From: the human T2T-CHM13v2.0 reference genome, Homo sapiens | Length of the DNA: 64,000 nucleotides | Strand: one strand, 5' to 3' | Assembly: GCF_009914755.1 (NCBI RefSeq) | Contig: NC_060928.1 | Shown here: in pieces, positions 31,301-44,713 of the stretch | Numbering within the stretch: position 1 is the first letter of the stretch | How the letters are laid out: each line of letters starts with the position of its first letter | Translations under genes and position numbers: made by a program | Notes under the pieces: generated by a model | The model's input: only the letters and a program-made list of their open reading frames with translations | The model's database searches: none | Told to the model about the DNA's origin: nothing

Positions 31301-33694
31301 TGATTTGAAAACCTGTAATCTATGTTATTTCTTCTTTACACATATCTACATTTAAAAATCCTATGAAGATTTATTATAGTTTTTATTGCTATTATTTTAT
31401 CATTATTTAGCTTTTCCTTTAAGCAGCATTATATTTCCTCTTGAAGTAAATATTTGTATTTTATCTTCCCATGAAATTTATTTATTTTATAATGATATCA
31501 AAACCTAATTTGATAAATAACACTATTATATCTGTTTTGGTAAAAGTATAATAGAATGAATAATCAATTTCTAAGTAATTGCATTGTGCCTCCTTTTGCT
31601 TGAAGACAGTGCAAATAAAAATGTATTTTGTGGAACTCTGCTCTCTGCAGATGCTCCAAAAACATGAGAGGAGAGGGACAGAGCCAGGAAAAAAATGGGA
31701 AGGAGGCAAAGAGTAAGGAACAGAGAGTTAAGTTTTATTATCAAATAATTTGAAAATTATGCATAAGGTCTTATTTTCAATCTCTTAATTTGCCTTAAAT
31801 TTAAGGGCTTTAAACAATCTAAAACAACTGTGGTAATCTACAATATTCTTCTATAGATTGCTATAATTCTTTTATATTGCTCAGACATATTATTCCAAAT
31901 TTATTTGGCTATTGAGCAGAGCCAGAATTAAAGGGATAATCCAATGTAAAGATTGACTTTGAATAATAACACAAATTAGGTTTGTACTTTTTTTTGTTTG
32001 TTCATTTGTTTTTTCCCCTCTGTTCATCGAAAGCCAGGAATTAGCCCATGAAAAGCTGATAAACAAAGCTGAAACTAGGGGAAGGCTACTAATATATTTC
32101 AAAGCACAGATATGGAGACTGGGCGGTGGATGATATCCTTATATCCTCACTGGCATAGGAGGCTACACAATGGAGACTCAGTACACATAGCAGAGAAACA
32201 GTAGCTCAAGTGTTCCTATGATAACATGGGAAGTACATGTTCCTAAATGATTTATGGGTTTGGGTGAAATGGTTTCAAAACATAATCTCAGTTGTTGGAA
32301 TGGGTTGTTTCTAGAATAAAAAAGAAAAAAAAAAAAGATGAGCTCACAAAATTACTGGCCAGATTGGCAAGATAATTGATTAAGAAAAAAAAAACACACA
32401 CATGCCAGAAATTTCAAGGCAGGTATATTTGGGGAATAAAATGTTTTCTTAATAATCCAGTGATGCCTTTATTAAGACCTAACTGCAGACCACACACAAA
32501 TAAAGATTTGTTAAAATTTGAGAAAGAATTGGTGACTACTGCTAAATCCTTTTAGGTGCAGAAAATGTACCTAGAAAGGAAACTAATGGTGTGGTCATAT
32601 GGTCACCTGACAAGATCAAAATTAAGTCTAATTACACGGGCATGGGTAGTGAAACAATTTTCCATAAAAAACCTGAAGATACTAATGCACTGTATCTTTC
32701 ACACAGTATTACTGAGTAGTAAGAGAATTTCAACATAATCCATTATACAAGTGTTTTCTTTCTTTTACTCTGATGCATTTTAGCTATTTCTCTCTTAGAT
32801 AAACTGAAGATTCTTTAAATGGATTTAAATGTGAATGTTACATTATTATACTTCTTCTTTGCCGCCCTGCTTTTTAAGCCATGATCTGATCTTCTCATCT
32901 CTTTATCTGAAAACAACTTCACTTTCTCAGTTGTTGGAAATATTCAGCCATTATTTCTTTCAAATTTTTTTTCTTCTTTTCCCTCTATTTCCTCGGTGCT
33001 TCAATTAGAAAGAATTTTGTTAATTCTGGATCTACAACCCTTGTGTCACTTCTTTCTTAATTTCCCCATCATTGCTTTTTCTACTGGACCTTTCATCTCA
33101 TTAACGTTGCTTCAGTTTTGTGCAGACTATAATTGGAGGCTCTGTTGTATGTATTTTATTTTAACAATCAAATTTTGCTTCATTATCCAAGCCTCTAAAT
33201 TGGTATGAACATTGCTTCATAATACATCACATGTGGGCAATATAAAATGATGATTTAAAATCTAGGAAAAATCATTTGATATATATTAGTGCTTCATTTC
33301 ATTTTGCACATACAGATTCAGAAATCATTGACACATTTAATACTAAGCTAATTAGTTAATATAAATAATATTTGCTTCTGGTGATTTTAATGACTAATAT
33401 GTTTAGTTAAATCAATTAAGTGTATTTCTATTTTCATCTTAATTCTTATTCAAATAAATAGCAATTAATTTTTCAATTTTGTTAGATTTCAGCGATTTAT
33501 ATATCAGATTCATGTTGTTAAACCTCACTAGATTTTTTGATCATTTCTTTCTATAACAGTGGCTGTTCTTTATTTATGTGACAATGAAAAAAAAGCATAC
33601 CTTCACACTTTAAGGGACTGAAGAAAACACTGGTGGATATTTGGCAGAACTTCTGGTTTTCTGTTTCCATAGCACTGCAATACGAAGGTAGCTG

Positions 33695-33822
33695 TGCTAG
33701 CATTTAACTATAGACAGCATAAGGGAGTGTGTTAGAAATGTATAATTTCAGGCCCCACTTCATAGGTAGTGATTCAGAGTCTTTTTACCATGATTCATAT
33801 ATACGATGAAGTCTGAGAAGCT
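33695..33822. mobile_element. Possible MER5-like hAT DNA transposon relic
   Basis: GTTAGAAATG..ATTTCAGGCCCCAC..GATTCAGA..TGATTC..TGAAGTCTGAGAA; highly diverged. Confidence 0.45.
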
Positions 33823-33911
33823 AGGGAATTTCCAAATGATTTTTCACCCTTGATCAAAGTGATTCTGAGATGGAAACACTTGGTATACATGCTTCATTTT
33901 TTCTTCAGAGG

Positions 33912-34335
33912 TATATTAATTTTCTAATGCCAAAACGCTCCATAGTTCAGTGGCTTAAAACAGTAATCATTTACCATCTCATGAGTCTGCAGATCACCTG
34001 TGTAGTTCTGATCTGGCTGGACTCATTCAGGCTCTCCAGTCCTGGCTTGCCTGGTCTAGGGTGGCTTGTGATGACTCTGTTTCCCACAGCCAGGATGACT
34101 GGGGCTTCCTCCACATGCTCCCTTATCCCTCAGCATACTGCCCAGGCTTCTTCACATAGTGATAGCTAAAGTGCATTCAAGTGCAGCAAGGAAAGCAAGC
34201 CTCACTATGCAAACGTTATTCAAGCTTCCACTTGTATCAGATGTGCTGCTATCTCCCTGTCCAAACTCAGATTCAATGTGAGAATATAGATGGATATCAG
34301 AAAGCACGACATCACTGGCCCATTCTACAACATTC
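33912..34335 (-). mobile_element. Degenerate MLT1-family LTR
   Basis: CAGTGGCTTAAAACAG..CTCATGAGTCTGC..GGATGACTGGGGC..CCCAGGCTTCTTCACAT..CAAGCCTCA. Confidence 0.5.
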
Positions 34336-34962
34336 CACTATAATGATGTCATTAATGGATAATAACAGAATCCAAACAAATAAATTATGGGAAGAAAATG
34401 CCTTGCAACCAAACTTCCCTGTAATCTCTAAAAGTTGTCTCTTTGTTGCTCAGAAAATTAGGGAAAACTAAGCTACCTCTTCATATTCACAGCACCTTGA
34501 TGCTGCTGTTTATCTCACCTTTATGCTGTGAAATTCTTGGGATGATATGACCCTAGGGCTAGAATCCAATAAAAGTGTAAGTGGAAATGTTGTCTTTTTC
34601 ATTACCTTAACACCTATTTACAGCTTGTCAGCAGCAACCGTGTTGCTGTCTGAATGGAGACTGCATTGCTCACACTGAGTCCTATCACAGGCCAGCTCTG
34701 CTTTCTTGGAGCTGCTTGTTATCAACTTTCATATGTGAAAAAAATCTATGAAAATGATAAATATTATAACTTTCTACTTCATAAATTAACCACATAGCTT
34801 GTTGTCAAACACAAGGGCAGCTTGTGTCTGAGTAAGAAGAGATATTAACAAATACAGGAGATTCAAAATCTATAGGCACAAAATGATCATTGCTATTATA
34901 AATAATCAGACTCTAATTTGTTTTTACTTTGGTTTCTATTCAATCTATTGAAAATTAAAAAT

Positions 34963-34990
34963 ACACACACACACACACACACACACACAC
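34963..34990. repeat. (AC)14 microsatellite
   Basis: Read directly. Confidence 0.95.
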
Positions 34991-37884
34991 CCCTTCTTTG
35001 TTGTCCTCATGGCCATATCAGAAACTACATATATGGGAAAGAATAGAGTAACAGAGCAAAAACATAGATCCAGTTAGTTCCAGTTCTGAGATGCACATGA
35101 CTGCTTCCCTGGGCCTACCAGGTCGTAATTATGAACTGGCACAATGCCTGTTTATGCCATCTGCTGTTTCCAAGACTGCTGCCTTATCTATTGCAGAGTA
35201 TCCATAAGCAAACGAGGCTCAGCATTGTCTCCTCTGCATACAGAAGACTTCTCAGCTTAGGAACAGGTCAAGGAGAGATCCACTAGCATTTACCTAAAAG
35301 GCCATCTGTTATAGAGAGAAGCTGAGTCCACTATCAAAACAAGAGAGGAAATAATAATTCCTTTTACATCATTAGGGGTTTTCAAGGTCTTTTATGACCT
35401 CTGAGGGCAAGTAACCATTTTGTCATCCTTCTGGTCACTTTCTTCCTCTTTTTAAACAGAGCCAAATGGAGCAGCAGTTGTCAAGCTTTCTATCTTTCTC
35501 TGTTAAAAATGAATAAAAACTACATTTAATAAGACCTTATACTTCTCTTTAATTAGCACAACTAAAGTATCATATTTAAACAAGATTGCAAAAGATAAAC
35601 ATCTTAATATAATACTCCATGCTTTTTTGACACTCTTTTCATACTGTATTAGTAAATCTCTAAAATAGAAACTTTACTCCATTTCAATATTTAATGTTCA
35701 TGTATGTGTGTGTATGTGATTTTACTTTTCCTTAATCGACAGGCATTTGGAAACAGGTTGTCTGGTAAAAGGTTACAATGAACTGGAAGTAGCCTAGTTA
35801 GCTTGAGTATACCAAACAGACACTCTTCAAATGTTTAAATATGAAGATGCAAAGTAAATGAGTTAGAAGGTAATAAAACATCAACATATAAACTCAATTT
35901 TTATCAGTGTTTACTTTTCTCTGTTTTCAACTTTCGAATTTTTTAGATGAGTAGTTCTCAGTTGTGAGCTAGTTAAAATGTCATGCATTATTTTAGTTGT
36001 GGGGATAACACAGTGAACAAGACAAAGTTCTTGCCATCATGAAGGTTTATGCTAATAAGGACACAACCAGATTTTCTAAATCAGTGGTTTGAGAAAGGCA
36101 CTATGAGAAATTCACTGTATGTACTATTTTTCTTTTATTAACTCTAAAGGAAATTATTTTATTGCAGTTTCAGCTATGGATTGTTACTCAGAAAAGAATG
36201 CTAAAAAGATATTTAATAATAGAAACTGCAAATAGAAATAAATAACAAAACATTTTAATCTAAGGATGTCTAACAGTGAAATAGTAATTGTCTGGAAAGC
36301 AGAGTGCTCCAAAGTCAAATGGAAAAAAACTACAATATATTACAGTAGTATCACCCCTTTGCCAACAAGTATCTGCTCATGGCACTTATCTTTGTTTAAA
36401 TAAAATTTTCTTTTTTATGTTAATAAAGTGGAAATTCTCTCATTTCCCTTGCATTCAGTATACATCTTTTACTTCTAATATTGTTTTTTAAAAAAAACAA
36501 GTTTTGACTGTAATCTCATATCATCCAGAGTTATGTCTCTGTTAGAAGCTGCTTGGAAATTAAAATTACATTTAAAATAACAAGGAATAATGACAATTAT
36601 CTTATTGGTTTGCTTCTTTAATCACTTTTAACAGCCATTTGATTTCTTAGAATAACAATACTAAACTAACATTAACTAATACTAATATTAGTTAGTTAAC
36701 TAACACTAAATTTAGTTACTAGGAATTTTGACTTCCTGAATAAAGAATAGAGTAGAAAAAATATAGTGCAAAGTGAAAATATATGCAAACGTGGGTCAGA
36801 TGCCTCATATCGCCTAGAATTACTATCATTTAATTTTGATTAGGCTTGATTACACAAGCCTATATCTAGAACAACTACTTATATCAGAAAATCTCCTATT
36901 AAAGTAATTAGCATATTAGAATGCTATATTTTAAGATATTGTTTATGTACAAAAGGTCATCTTTATTAGCATCAAGGAAAAAATTTTTGTCTGAGCCAAG
37001 TGCAGATAAGAGTATTTTTTTTTCCAAGATACGAGTTTGTCTTTGCACTCTGTATATTAGGAATGCTTTTATTGGCCAGATATGTTCTTTTTAGTTTTAC
37101 AAACTTATTTTCAGTGTTGCTTAACATTAGATCAGCACTCAACTTTATCAATATGAGAAGAAGATTTCAGTAAAAATGTGAAATTCTAATTTTGGAGATG
37201 ACTCTCAGGAAATATAATAGACTCTAATTTCTATCACAAAGGTAGCAATAATATATAGTTGTAAGTTTTTTAAAGAATATCTCTGGATTGATGTTATTCT
37301 GACATTTGATTTTTCTTTTTTTCATAACTTAAATTATATATAGTATATGTCTATAAAGAATACACAGTATATGTATACATGTTTATGTATAGTATACGTA
37401 TACTTTACTATTACTTTAAACTCTTTTTAAAATTGTTTAGCATGTTATTTAATTAAGATTAAATTAGAATATGAGCATAGGAAACAACAACAACGTAGGT
37501 CCAAACAGCGGTAGATTAAGAAAATAATGGTTTATATTTCTGTTGAATGAACACAGGCGTGCCTTCCAGGCTGGTATGGGGCTGTGCAGGTTTACAGACT
37601 CAATCTCCTTCTAATTTGTCACTCTGTCAACTCACAAGGACTCTGAAAATTTTAGTTTTACTTTACGAAGGGATGAGTTCAGCTAACATTGGAGTGTTCT
37701 AATACAGAGGAAATAACAGAAGAACTGACACTGAAGTTCAAACATCATTGCCTATTCATTTGTCCTTGGCCACTCAAATATTCAAATGCACTGTCTCCCC
37801 CCATTTCCCTGAGTCTCAGAGTCCCATCTAGAACTTATAACTGAGTTATATTCCAGATTATCAAGATGATGTCTAGTCCTCTCC

Positions 37885-38215
37885 CTGAGGCCTAGATATA
37901 CAAGGAAGATTACCTGTGTGAGCAACTGTACATCAATATCACTGAGAATTTCTGGGAACAGTATACAACATGGCTTAGACTTGAGTTTGAGAATGAGAAA
38001 GCTGGATTACTTATCCTTCAGTTTCCGTCTGCCATTTGGTTGAGGGCTATCTGAAGGGACATTAACTCTGTGACATTTCTGGACCATCCCTTGTGGCTGA
38101 CAGAATGCATGCATGAAGGAGAATGACAGAGGTTAACAGTGGGACATAAGGGGTAAGTATTGAAATGGGGTATGCTGAGAACATATAGGTTTGACACTAA
38201 GAGGGCATATTACAG
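37885..38215. mobile_element. LTR16-like (ERVL) LTR relic
   Basis: CCATTTGGTTGAGGGCT...GGGACATTAACTC..ACATTTCTGG resembles the recalled LTR16 core. Confidence 0.5.
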
Positions 38216-38944
38216 AAAGAGCGAGCATGAGGAGGGGCTAGAGGAGGAAACAAGAGTACTAGATAGAGTACTCCATTTTGGCTTAAAAGAATATTTTTTA
38301 AGTAGGTTATATACAAACTAAAATGATGTCTTGAATAGTTCTCTCTCTAAATTGACTGTTGATCCTAACTCTGCTTTCCCCCCTCACTTTGTTCTGTCTC
38401 CTGTCATCTAAAAAGCAGAACATTTTTGCCCAATACCATGGCAGTTCAAACATAGGCACACTGGGCATCCACCAAATAACACTGAGTGAGAAAATGTTAC
38501 TGTGTATATAATCTACAAAATGTAATGTATTTAATATTCTGTGATATTTTCTCTGTCATTCACCACTCTAATATGAGAAATCCTATGATTTCAATGAAGT
38601 GTTATAACATTACCCCTTCTGCTTACATACTGCCCCTGGGAAAGAGTAAACACTTATTATCTATTCCCTAGAAATGTTCAATAAGCCTCATTTAATCCCA
38701 CTGATCCCATTATGCTCCCTCAGTTGTCCGTTATTTAATTTTAACCTGTAAGACCTACATAAAATAATAAATGACAAAAATTCCATAGCTTTGCAGACAA
38801 GAAATGTTGATCCCAATTCCTTTATGACTATTCAAGCAATACTTTCTGCAGAGAATTTGATGAATTATCCTCACCTCGCATTATCATCTAATTTACTAGA
38901 CTTCCTTATACCCTTTTGGTGCCTGTCTCCTGTGGTACCCTATT

Positions 38945-39085
38945 ACTGTTTCCCTATATAAGAAATGATGATATAAATAATAATTGCCACTTGGGGTTAT
39001 GATAAGATTGAAATAGGATAATCTGCAAATATTCTTAAAATCTACCTGACACATACTAATGACTCAATATTTTACATCATCATCA
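38945..39085 (+). mobile_element. MIR SINE relic
   Basis: CTGTTTCCCTATA..AAATG..GGGTTATGATAAGATTGAAATAGGATAAT..CCTGACACATA..CTCAATA. Confidence 0.65.
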
Positions 39086-40387
39086 ATATTATAGCTCTTT
39101 AAAAGTAGAGTTGTTATTTTATATTTGTTTGCATGATACTTAATACATAGCTCAGTTCATGTTCATCAAATCAAATATTGTGCATTAAGATTGTTAAGCT
39201 TTCCAAATTTCCAGAAGAGAATCAGCAACACCAGATTGAACAACTACCCATACAAAAAAGCAGCTTCATAAGAATCAAAAATTAGGTAAGCAATCACAGT
39301 ACCTGGTTTTAACATCATATTAAGGAAAGAGGTACTGAAGAAGGTAGGAAAGACAATCCTGAATTGCCAATGCAGCCCTTCTCCTATCTCCTGGAACTGT
39401 CAGCATGGAGTGGCGAGAGAATCTGTGTGCCTGAGCAAGAGAAAGCACAGTGACTGTGGCACTTTGCATTAGAACTCAGTGCTGTTCTCTCACAAGGAAA
39501 GTAACATGGGACAGAGCTCAGCTGGCACCCAAAGAGGGAACTTTAAGACTAGCCATAGCCAAAGGGAAATTATCTAGCTTAATGGTCAGAACTTGAGTTT
39601 TGGCTAGCCCCACAACAGCAGGTTAAAGGGCTCTGGGGTCCTAAATTAACCTGAAAGGCAGTCTAGGCCACAAGTCTGAAATTCTCAGGCAAGTCTTGGT
39701 GCTATGGTGGTATCAGAGCCAGGAGACTTGGGGTTCATAAAACACAGTGAGATAAAAAGTAGGAAAACTTCAAATAAATAATCTAATAATACTTTTTAAA
39801 GGATGAGAAAGACAAGAGCAAACCAAACCCAAAGTTAGTAGAAGAAAATAAATAATAAAGATTAGAGTAGAAATAAATGAAAATGAAACAAAAAATACAA
39901 CAGATCAACAAAACAAAAAGTTATTTACTTGAAAGATAAAGGAAATCAACAAATCTTTAGCCAGACTAAAAAAGACCCAAATAAATAAAACCATAGTTAA
40001 AAACGGAGATATTACAATCAATACTTCAGAAATTAAAAAGATTATTAGACACTACCATAAGAAACTATATACGAATAATTGGATAGTCCTAGACACATAA
40101 AACATACTAAGATTGAACTGTAAAGCAGTTCAAAACCCGAATAGACTAATGACAAGGAATGAGATGAAAGCCATAATAAAAAGTCTTCCAGCAGAGGAAA
40201 ACCTGGGACACAACGGCTTCACTGCTGCATTTTACCAAACATTTAAAAAAGAACTAATATCAATCCTACTTAAAATATTCCAAAATCAATAAATAAAGGA
40301 AAATGAAATACTTCCAGGTTCATTCTAGGAGACTAGTATTATCCTGATACCAAAACCAGACAAAGACATATGAAAAAAGAAAACTAC

Positions 40388-40687
40388 GGCCTGGCGCGGT
40401 GGCTCACGCCTGTAATGCCAGCACTTTGCGAGGCCGAGGTGGGCGGATCACGAGGTCAGGAGATCTAGACCATACGGGCTAACACGGTGAAACCCCGTCT
40501 CTACTAAAAAATAAAAAATTACCAGGGCGTCGTGGCAGCACCTGTAGTCCCAGCTACTCAGGAGGCTGAGGCAGGAGAATGGCGTGAGCCCAGGAGGCGG
40601 AGCTTGCAGTGAGCCAAGATGACGCCACTGCGCTCCAGCCTGGGTGACAGAGCGAGACTCCGTCTCAAAAAAAAAAAAGAAAGAAAG
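40388..40687 (+). mobile_element. AluY
   Basis: CpG-rich; GGATCACGAGGTCAGGAGATC, GAATGGCGTGA, GCGGAGCTTGCAG; TSD AAAAAGAAAACTAC at 40374-40387 and 40688-40701. Confidence 0.97.
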
Positions 40688-41628
40688 AAAAAGAAAACTA
40701 CTAGCTGCTCTCTCTGATTAACATTGGTACAAAAATCCTCAACACAATATCAGCAAAGGAATCCAACAGTGCATTAAAAACATTATTCATTATGACCAAT
40801 TGATATTTATCCCAGTGATGCAAGAATAGTTTATCATACACAAATCAATAAGTGTAATAAATTATATCAACAAAATAAAGGATAAAAGCTATATGATCAT
40901 TTCAATTGATGCTGAAAAAGCCTTTGTTAAAATTCATTATTCCTTCATAATAAAAACCTACAAAAAACGATATAGAAGGGACATATCTAAATGCAATAAA
41001 AGTCATATATGACAGAAACACAGCTGGTGTCATATTGAATGAGAAGAAACTGAGAACCTTTTCTCTAATATCTGGAACAAGACAGGCATGCCAGCTTTGG
41101 CCACTTTCAAATATAGTATTGAAATTACTAGCTAGACCCATCAGACAAAACAAATAAAGGACATACAAAAAGACAAGGAAGAAGTCAAATGAGTCCTGTT
41201 TACAGATCATATAATCTTACATTTGGAAAAACCTGAAGAATACAAAAAAACCTACTAGAACTAATAAGCAAATTCAGTGAAGTTACAAAATTCAAAATCA
41301 ACATACAAAAATCAGTAGCATTTCTATGTGCCAACAGTGAACAATCTGTAAGGAAGTAGAGAAAGTAATCTCATTTACAATGGCTACAAATTAAAGATAC
41401 CTAGGAATTAACTTAACCAAAGAAAGGAAAGATCCCTACAATGAAAACTATAGCACATTGATGCAAGAAATTGAAGAGGACACAAACTAATGGAAAAGTG
41501 TTTCATGTTTGTGAATTGGAAGAATTAATATTGTTAAAATGTCCATACTACCCAAAGTAATCTATAGATTCAATGTAATCCCTATAAAAATACCAATGTC
41601 ATTGTTCAAAGAAATATAAAATATAATC

Positions 41629-43984
41629 TGATATGGGTTGGCTCTGTGTCCCCACCCAAATCTCATCTTAAATTGTACTCCCATATTTCCCACATGTCGT
41701 GGGAGGGACCTGGTGGGAGATAATTTGAATCATTGGGGAAGTTTCCTCCACACTGTTCTCGTGGTAGTGAATAAATCTCACGATATTTGATGGTTTTATC
41801 AAGAGTTTCCACTTTTGCATCTTCCATATTTTCTCTTGCCGTTGCCATGTAAGAAGTGCCTTTCCCCTCTTGCCATGATTCTGAGGCCGCCCCAAACATA
41901 CAAAACTGTTAAGTCCAATTAAACATCTTTTTCTTCTCAATCTCGGTTATGTCTTTATCAGTAGCATGGAAATTGACTAATACAGTAAATTAGTACTAGT
42001 ATTGGTGTGTTGTTGAAAAGATACACAAAAATGTGGAAGTGACTTTGGAACTGGTAACAGGCAGAGGTTGGAACAGTTCAGAGGGCTCAGAAGAAGACAG
42101 GAAAATGTGGGAAAGTTTGGTATTTCCTAGTGGCTTATTGAATGGCTTCGACAAAAATGATAATAGTGACATGAAAAATAAAGTCCAGACTAAGGTGGTC
42201 TCAGATGGAGAAGAGTAACTTGTTGGGAACTGGAGCAAAGGTGACTCTTGTTATGTTTTAGTAAAGAGACTGGCATCATTTTGCCTCAGCCCTAGAGATT
42301 TGTGGAACTTTGAACTTGAGAGAGATGAATTAGGGTATCTGGCAGAAGAAATTTCTGAGCAGCAAAGCATTCAAAATGTGACCTGGGTACTGTTAAATGT
42401 ATTCCACTGTAATAGGGAAATGGAACATAAAAATTCAGAAAACTTGCAGCCTGACAATGCAGTAGAAAAGAAAAACACATTTTTAAAGGAGAAATTCAAG
42501 CTGGCAGCGGAAATTTGTATAAGTAACAAAGAGCCAAATGTTAATCCCAAAGACATTGGGGAAAATGTCTCCTAGGCATGTCATAGGTTTTCATGGCAGA
42601 CCCTCCCATCACAGACCCAAAAGCCCAGGAGGAAAAAATGGTTTCGTGGGTTGAGCCCAGGGTCCTCATCCTGTGTGCAGCCTAGGGACTTGGTGCCCAG
42701 TGTCCCAGCCTCTCCAGCCATTACTAAAAGGGGCCAAGGTACAGTTTGGTGCATGGTTTCAGAGGGTGCAAACCCCAAACCTTGGCAGCTTCCACGTATG
42801 TTGAGCTGCGGGTGCACAGAAGTCATGAATTGAGGTTTGGGAATCTCCACCTAGATTTCAGAAGCTCTACGGAAATGCCTGGATGCCCAGGCAAAAGTTT
42901 GCTGCTGGGGCAGGGCCCTCATTAAGAACCTCTTCTTGGGCAGTGCAGAAGGGAAATGTGGGGTCAGAGACCCCACACAGAGTCCCTACTGGGGCACTGC
43001 TTAGTGCAGCTGTAAGAAGACAGCCACCGTCCTCCAGACCCCAGAATGGTAGATCCACTGGCAGTTTGAACTGTGCGCTTGCAAAAGCCACAGGGAGTCT
43101 ATGTCAGCCTGTGAAAGCAGCCAGGTGCAGGGCTATACCCGTCAAAGCCAAAGAGGCAGAGCTGCCCAAGGCTATGGGAACCTACCTCTTTTATCAGCAT
43201 GACCTGGATGTGAAACATGGAGTCAAAGGAAATCATTTTGGAGCTTAGAATTTGACTGCCGTGCTGGATTTCGGACTTGTATGGGTCTTGTACCCTCTTT
43301 GTTTTGGCCAATTTTTCCCATTTGTAGTGATTGTATTTACCCAATACCTGTACCTCCCTTGTATCTAGGAAGTAACTAGCTTGCTTTTGATTTTACAGGC
43401 TCATAGGCAGAAGGGACTTGCCTTGTCTCAGATGAGACTTTGGACTGTGGATTTTTGGGTAAGTGCTGAAATGAGTTAAGGCTTTGGGGGACAGTTGGGA
43501 AGGCACAGTTGGTTTTGAAATGTGAGTACATGGAATTTGGAGGGCCCAAGGGTGGATGATATGGTTTGGCTCTGTGTCTCCATCCAAATCTTATCTTGAA
43601 TTGTACTCCCATATTTCCCACATGTTGTGGGAGAGACCCTGTGGGATATAATTTAAATTATGGGACAGTTTTCCCCATACTGTTCTTGTGGAAGTGAATA
43701 AGTCTCATGAGATCTGATGGTTTTATCAGGGGTTTCCACTTTTGCATCTTTCTCATTTTCTCTTGCTGCCACCATGTAAGACGTGCCTTTCACCTCTTGC
43801 CGTGATTTTGAGGCCTCCCCAGACACGTGGAATGTAACTCCAATTAAACCTCTTTTTTTTCCAAAAGAAATTCAAGCTGTCTTTAGGATTAACATTTGGC
43901 TCCTTGTTACTTATACAGATTTCTGCCACCAGCTTGAATTTCTTTGGTATGTCTTTATCTGTAGTGTGAAAACACAATAATACA
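41629..43984 (+). mobile_element. Complete THE1A MaLR element (LTR-internal-LTR)
   Basis: 5' LTR 41629-41984 (TG..CA), internal 41985-43556, 3' LTR 43557-43984; 5-bp TSD TAATC at 41624-41628 and 43985-43989; THE1A-type TTTCCACTTTTGCATCTT..TTTTCTCTTGC. Confidence 0.97.
41985..43556 (+). pseudogene. THE1-internal ORF remnant
   Basis: Fragments LELVTGRGWNSSEGSEEDRKMWESL and WNFELERDELGYLAEEIS match the MaLR internal ORF; broken by stops and frameshifts. Confidence 0.8.
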
Positions 43985-44594
43985 TAATCCTGAAATTTAT
44001 GAAATTTTAATTTATATGGAACTAAAAGCTATTCTGAGTGAAAAAAATAAAAAAAGAGGAATCACATTACCAGACTTCAAGTTATACTGCAGAGCTATAG
44101 TAAACCAAACATCATGGTACTGGCAGAAAAACAGACCCATAGACCAATGGAACAGAATAGAGAACCAAGAAATAAATCCATACATCTAGAATAAACTCAT
44201 TTACAATAATGGTGCCAAGAACATACATTGGGGAAAGGACAGTCCCTTCAATAAATGGTACTGGGAAACTGGACATCCATATACAAAAGAATAAAACTAG
44301 ACTCCTATCTCTCACTGTATGCAAAAATCAAGACAAAGTGCATTGAAAAGTTAAATCTAAGACCTCAAACTATGAAACTATTACAATAAAACACTGGGGA
44401 AACTCTCTAAGACTTTATTCTAGGCAAAGATTTTTTGAGTAATGCCCCAGACTCATAGGAAACCAAACCAAAAATGGACACATAAAAAGCTTCAGTACGT
44501 GAAAGGAAATAATCAACAAAGTGAAGAGACAACCCATGGAATGTGAGAAAATATTTACAGACTATTCATGTTACAAGGCATTAATAACCAGAAC

Positions 44595-44713
44595 ATATAT
44601 ATACACACACACACATATATATACACATATATATACATATATACACATATATACACATATATATACATATATACACATACATATACATATATACACATAT
44701 ATATACATACATA
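44595..44713. repeat. (CATATA/TA)n compound microsatellite inside the L1MA3
   Basis: Read directly. Confidence 0.93.

Noticed and set aside
34480-35480. GC-richer unique-looking stretch as an exon or enhancer
   Set aside because: No ORF, splice-site pair or motif cluster I can defend; conservation data would be needed.
37391-37404. 14-bp palindrome AGTATACGTATACT
   Set aside because: Lies in TA-rich low-complexity sequence where palindromes are common.
42033-43344. Cluster of overlapping ORFs on both strands as a gene cassette
   Set aside because: All lie in THE1-internal sequence; they are decayed MaLR ORF pieces and their antisense shadows.
43861-43947. Independent MITE / DNA transposon insertion
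   Set aside because: It has terminal inverted repeats, but the sequence is THE1-internal derived and I see no TSD; template switching explains it better.
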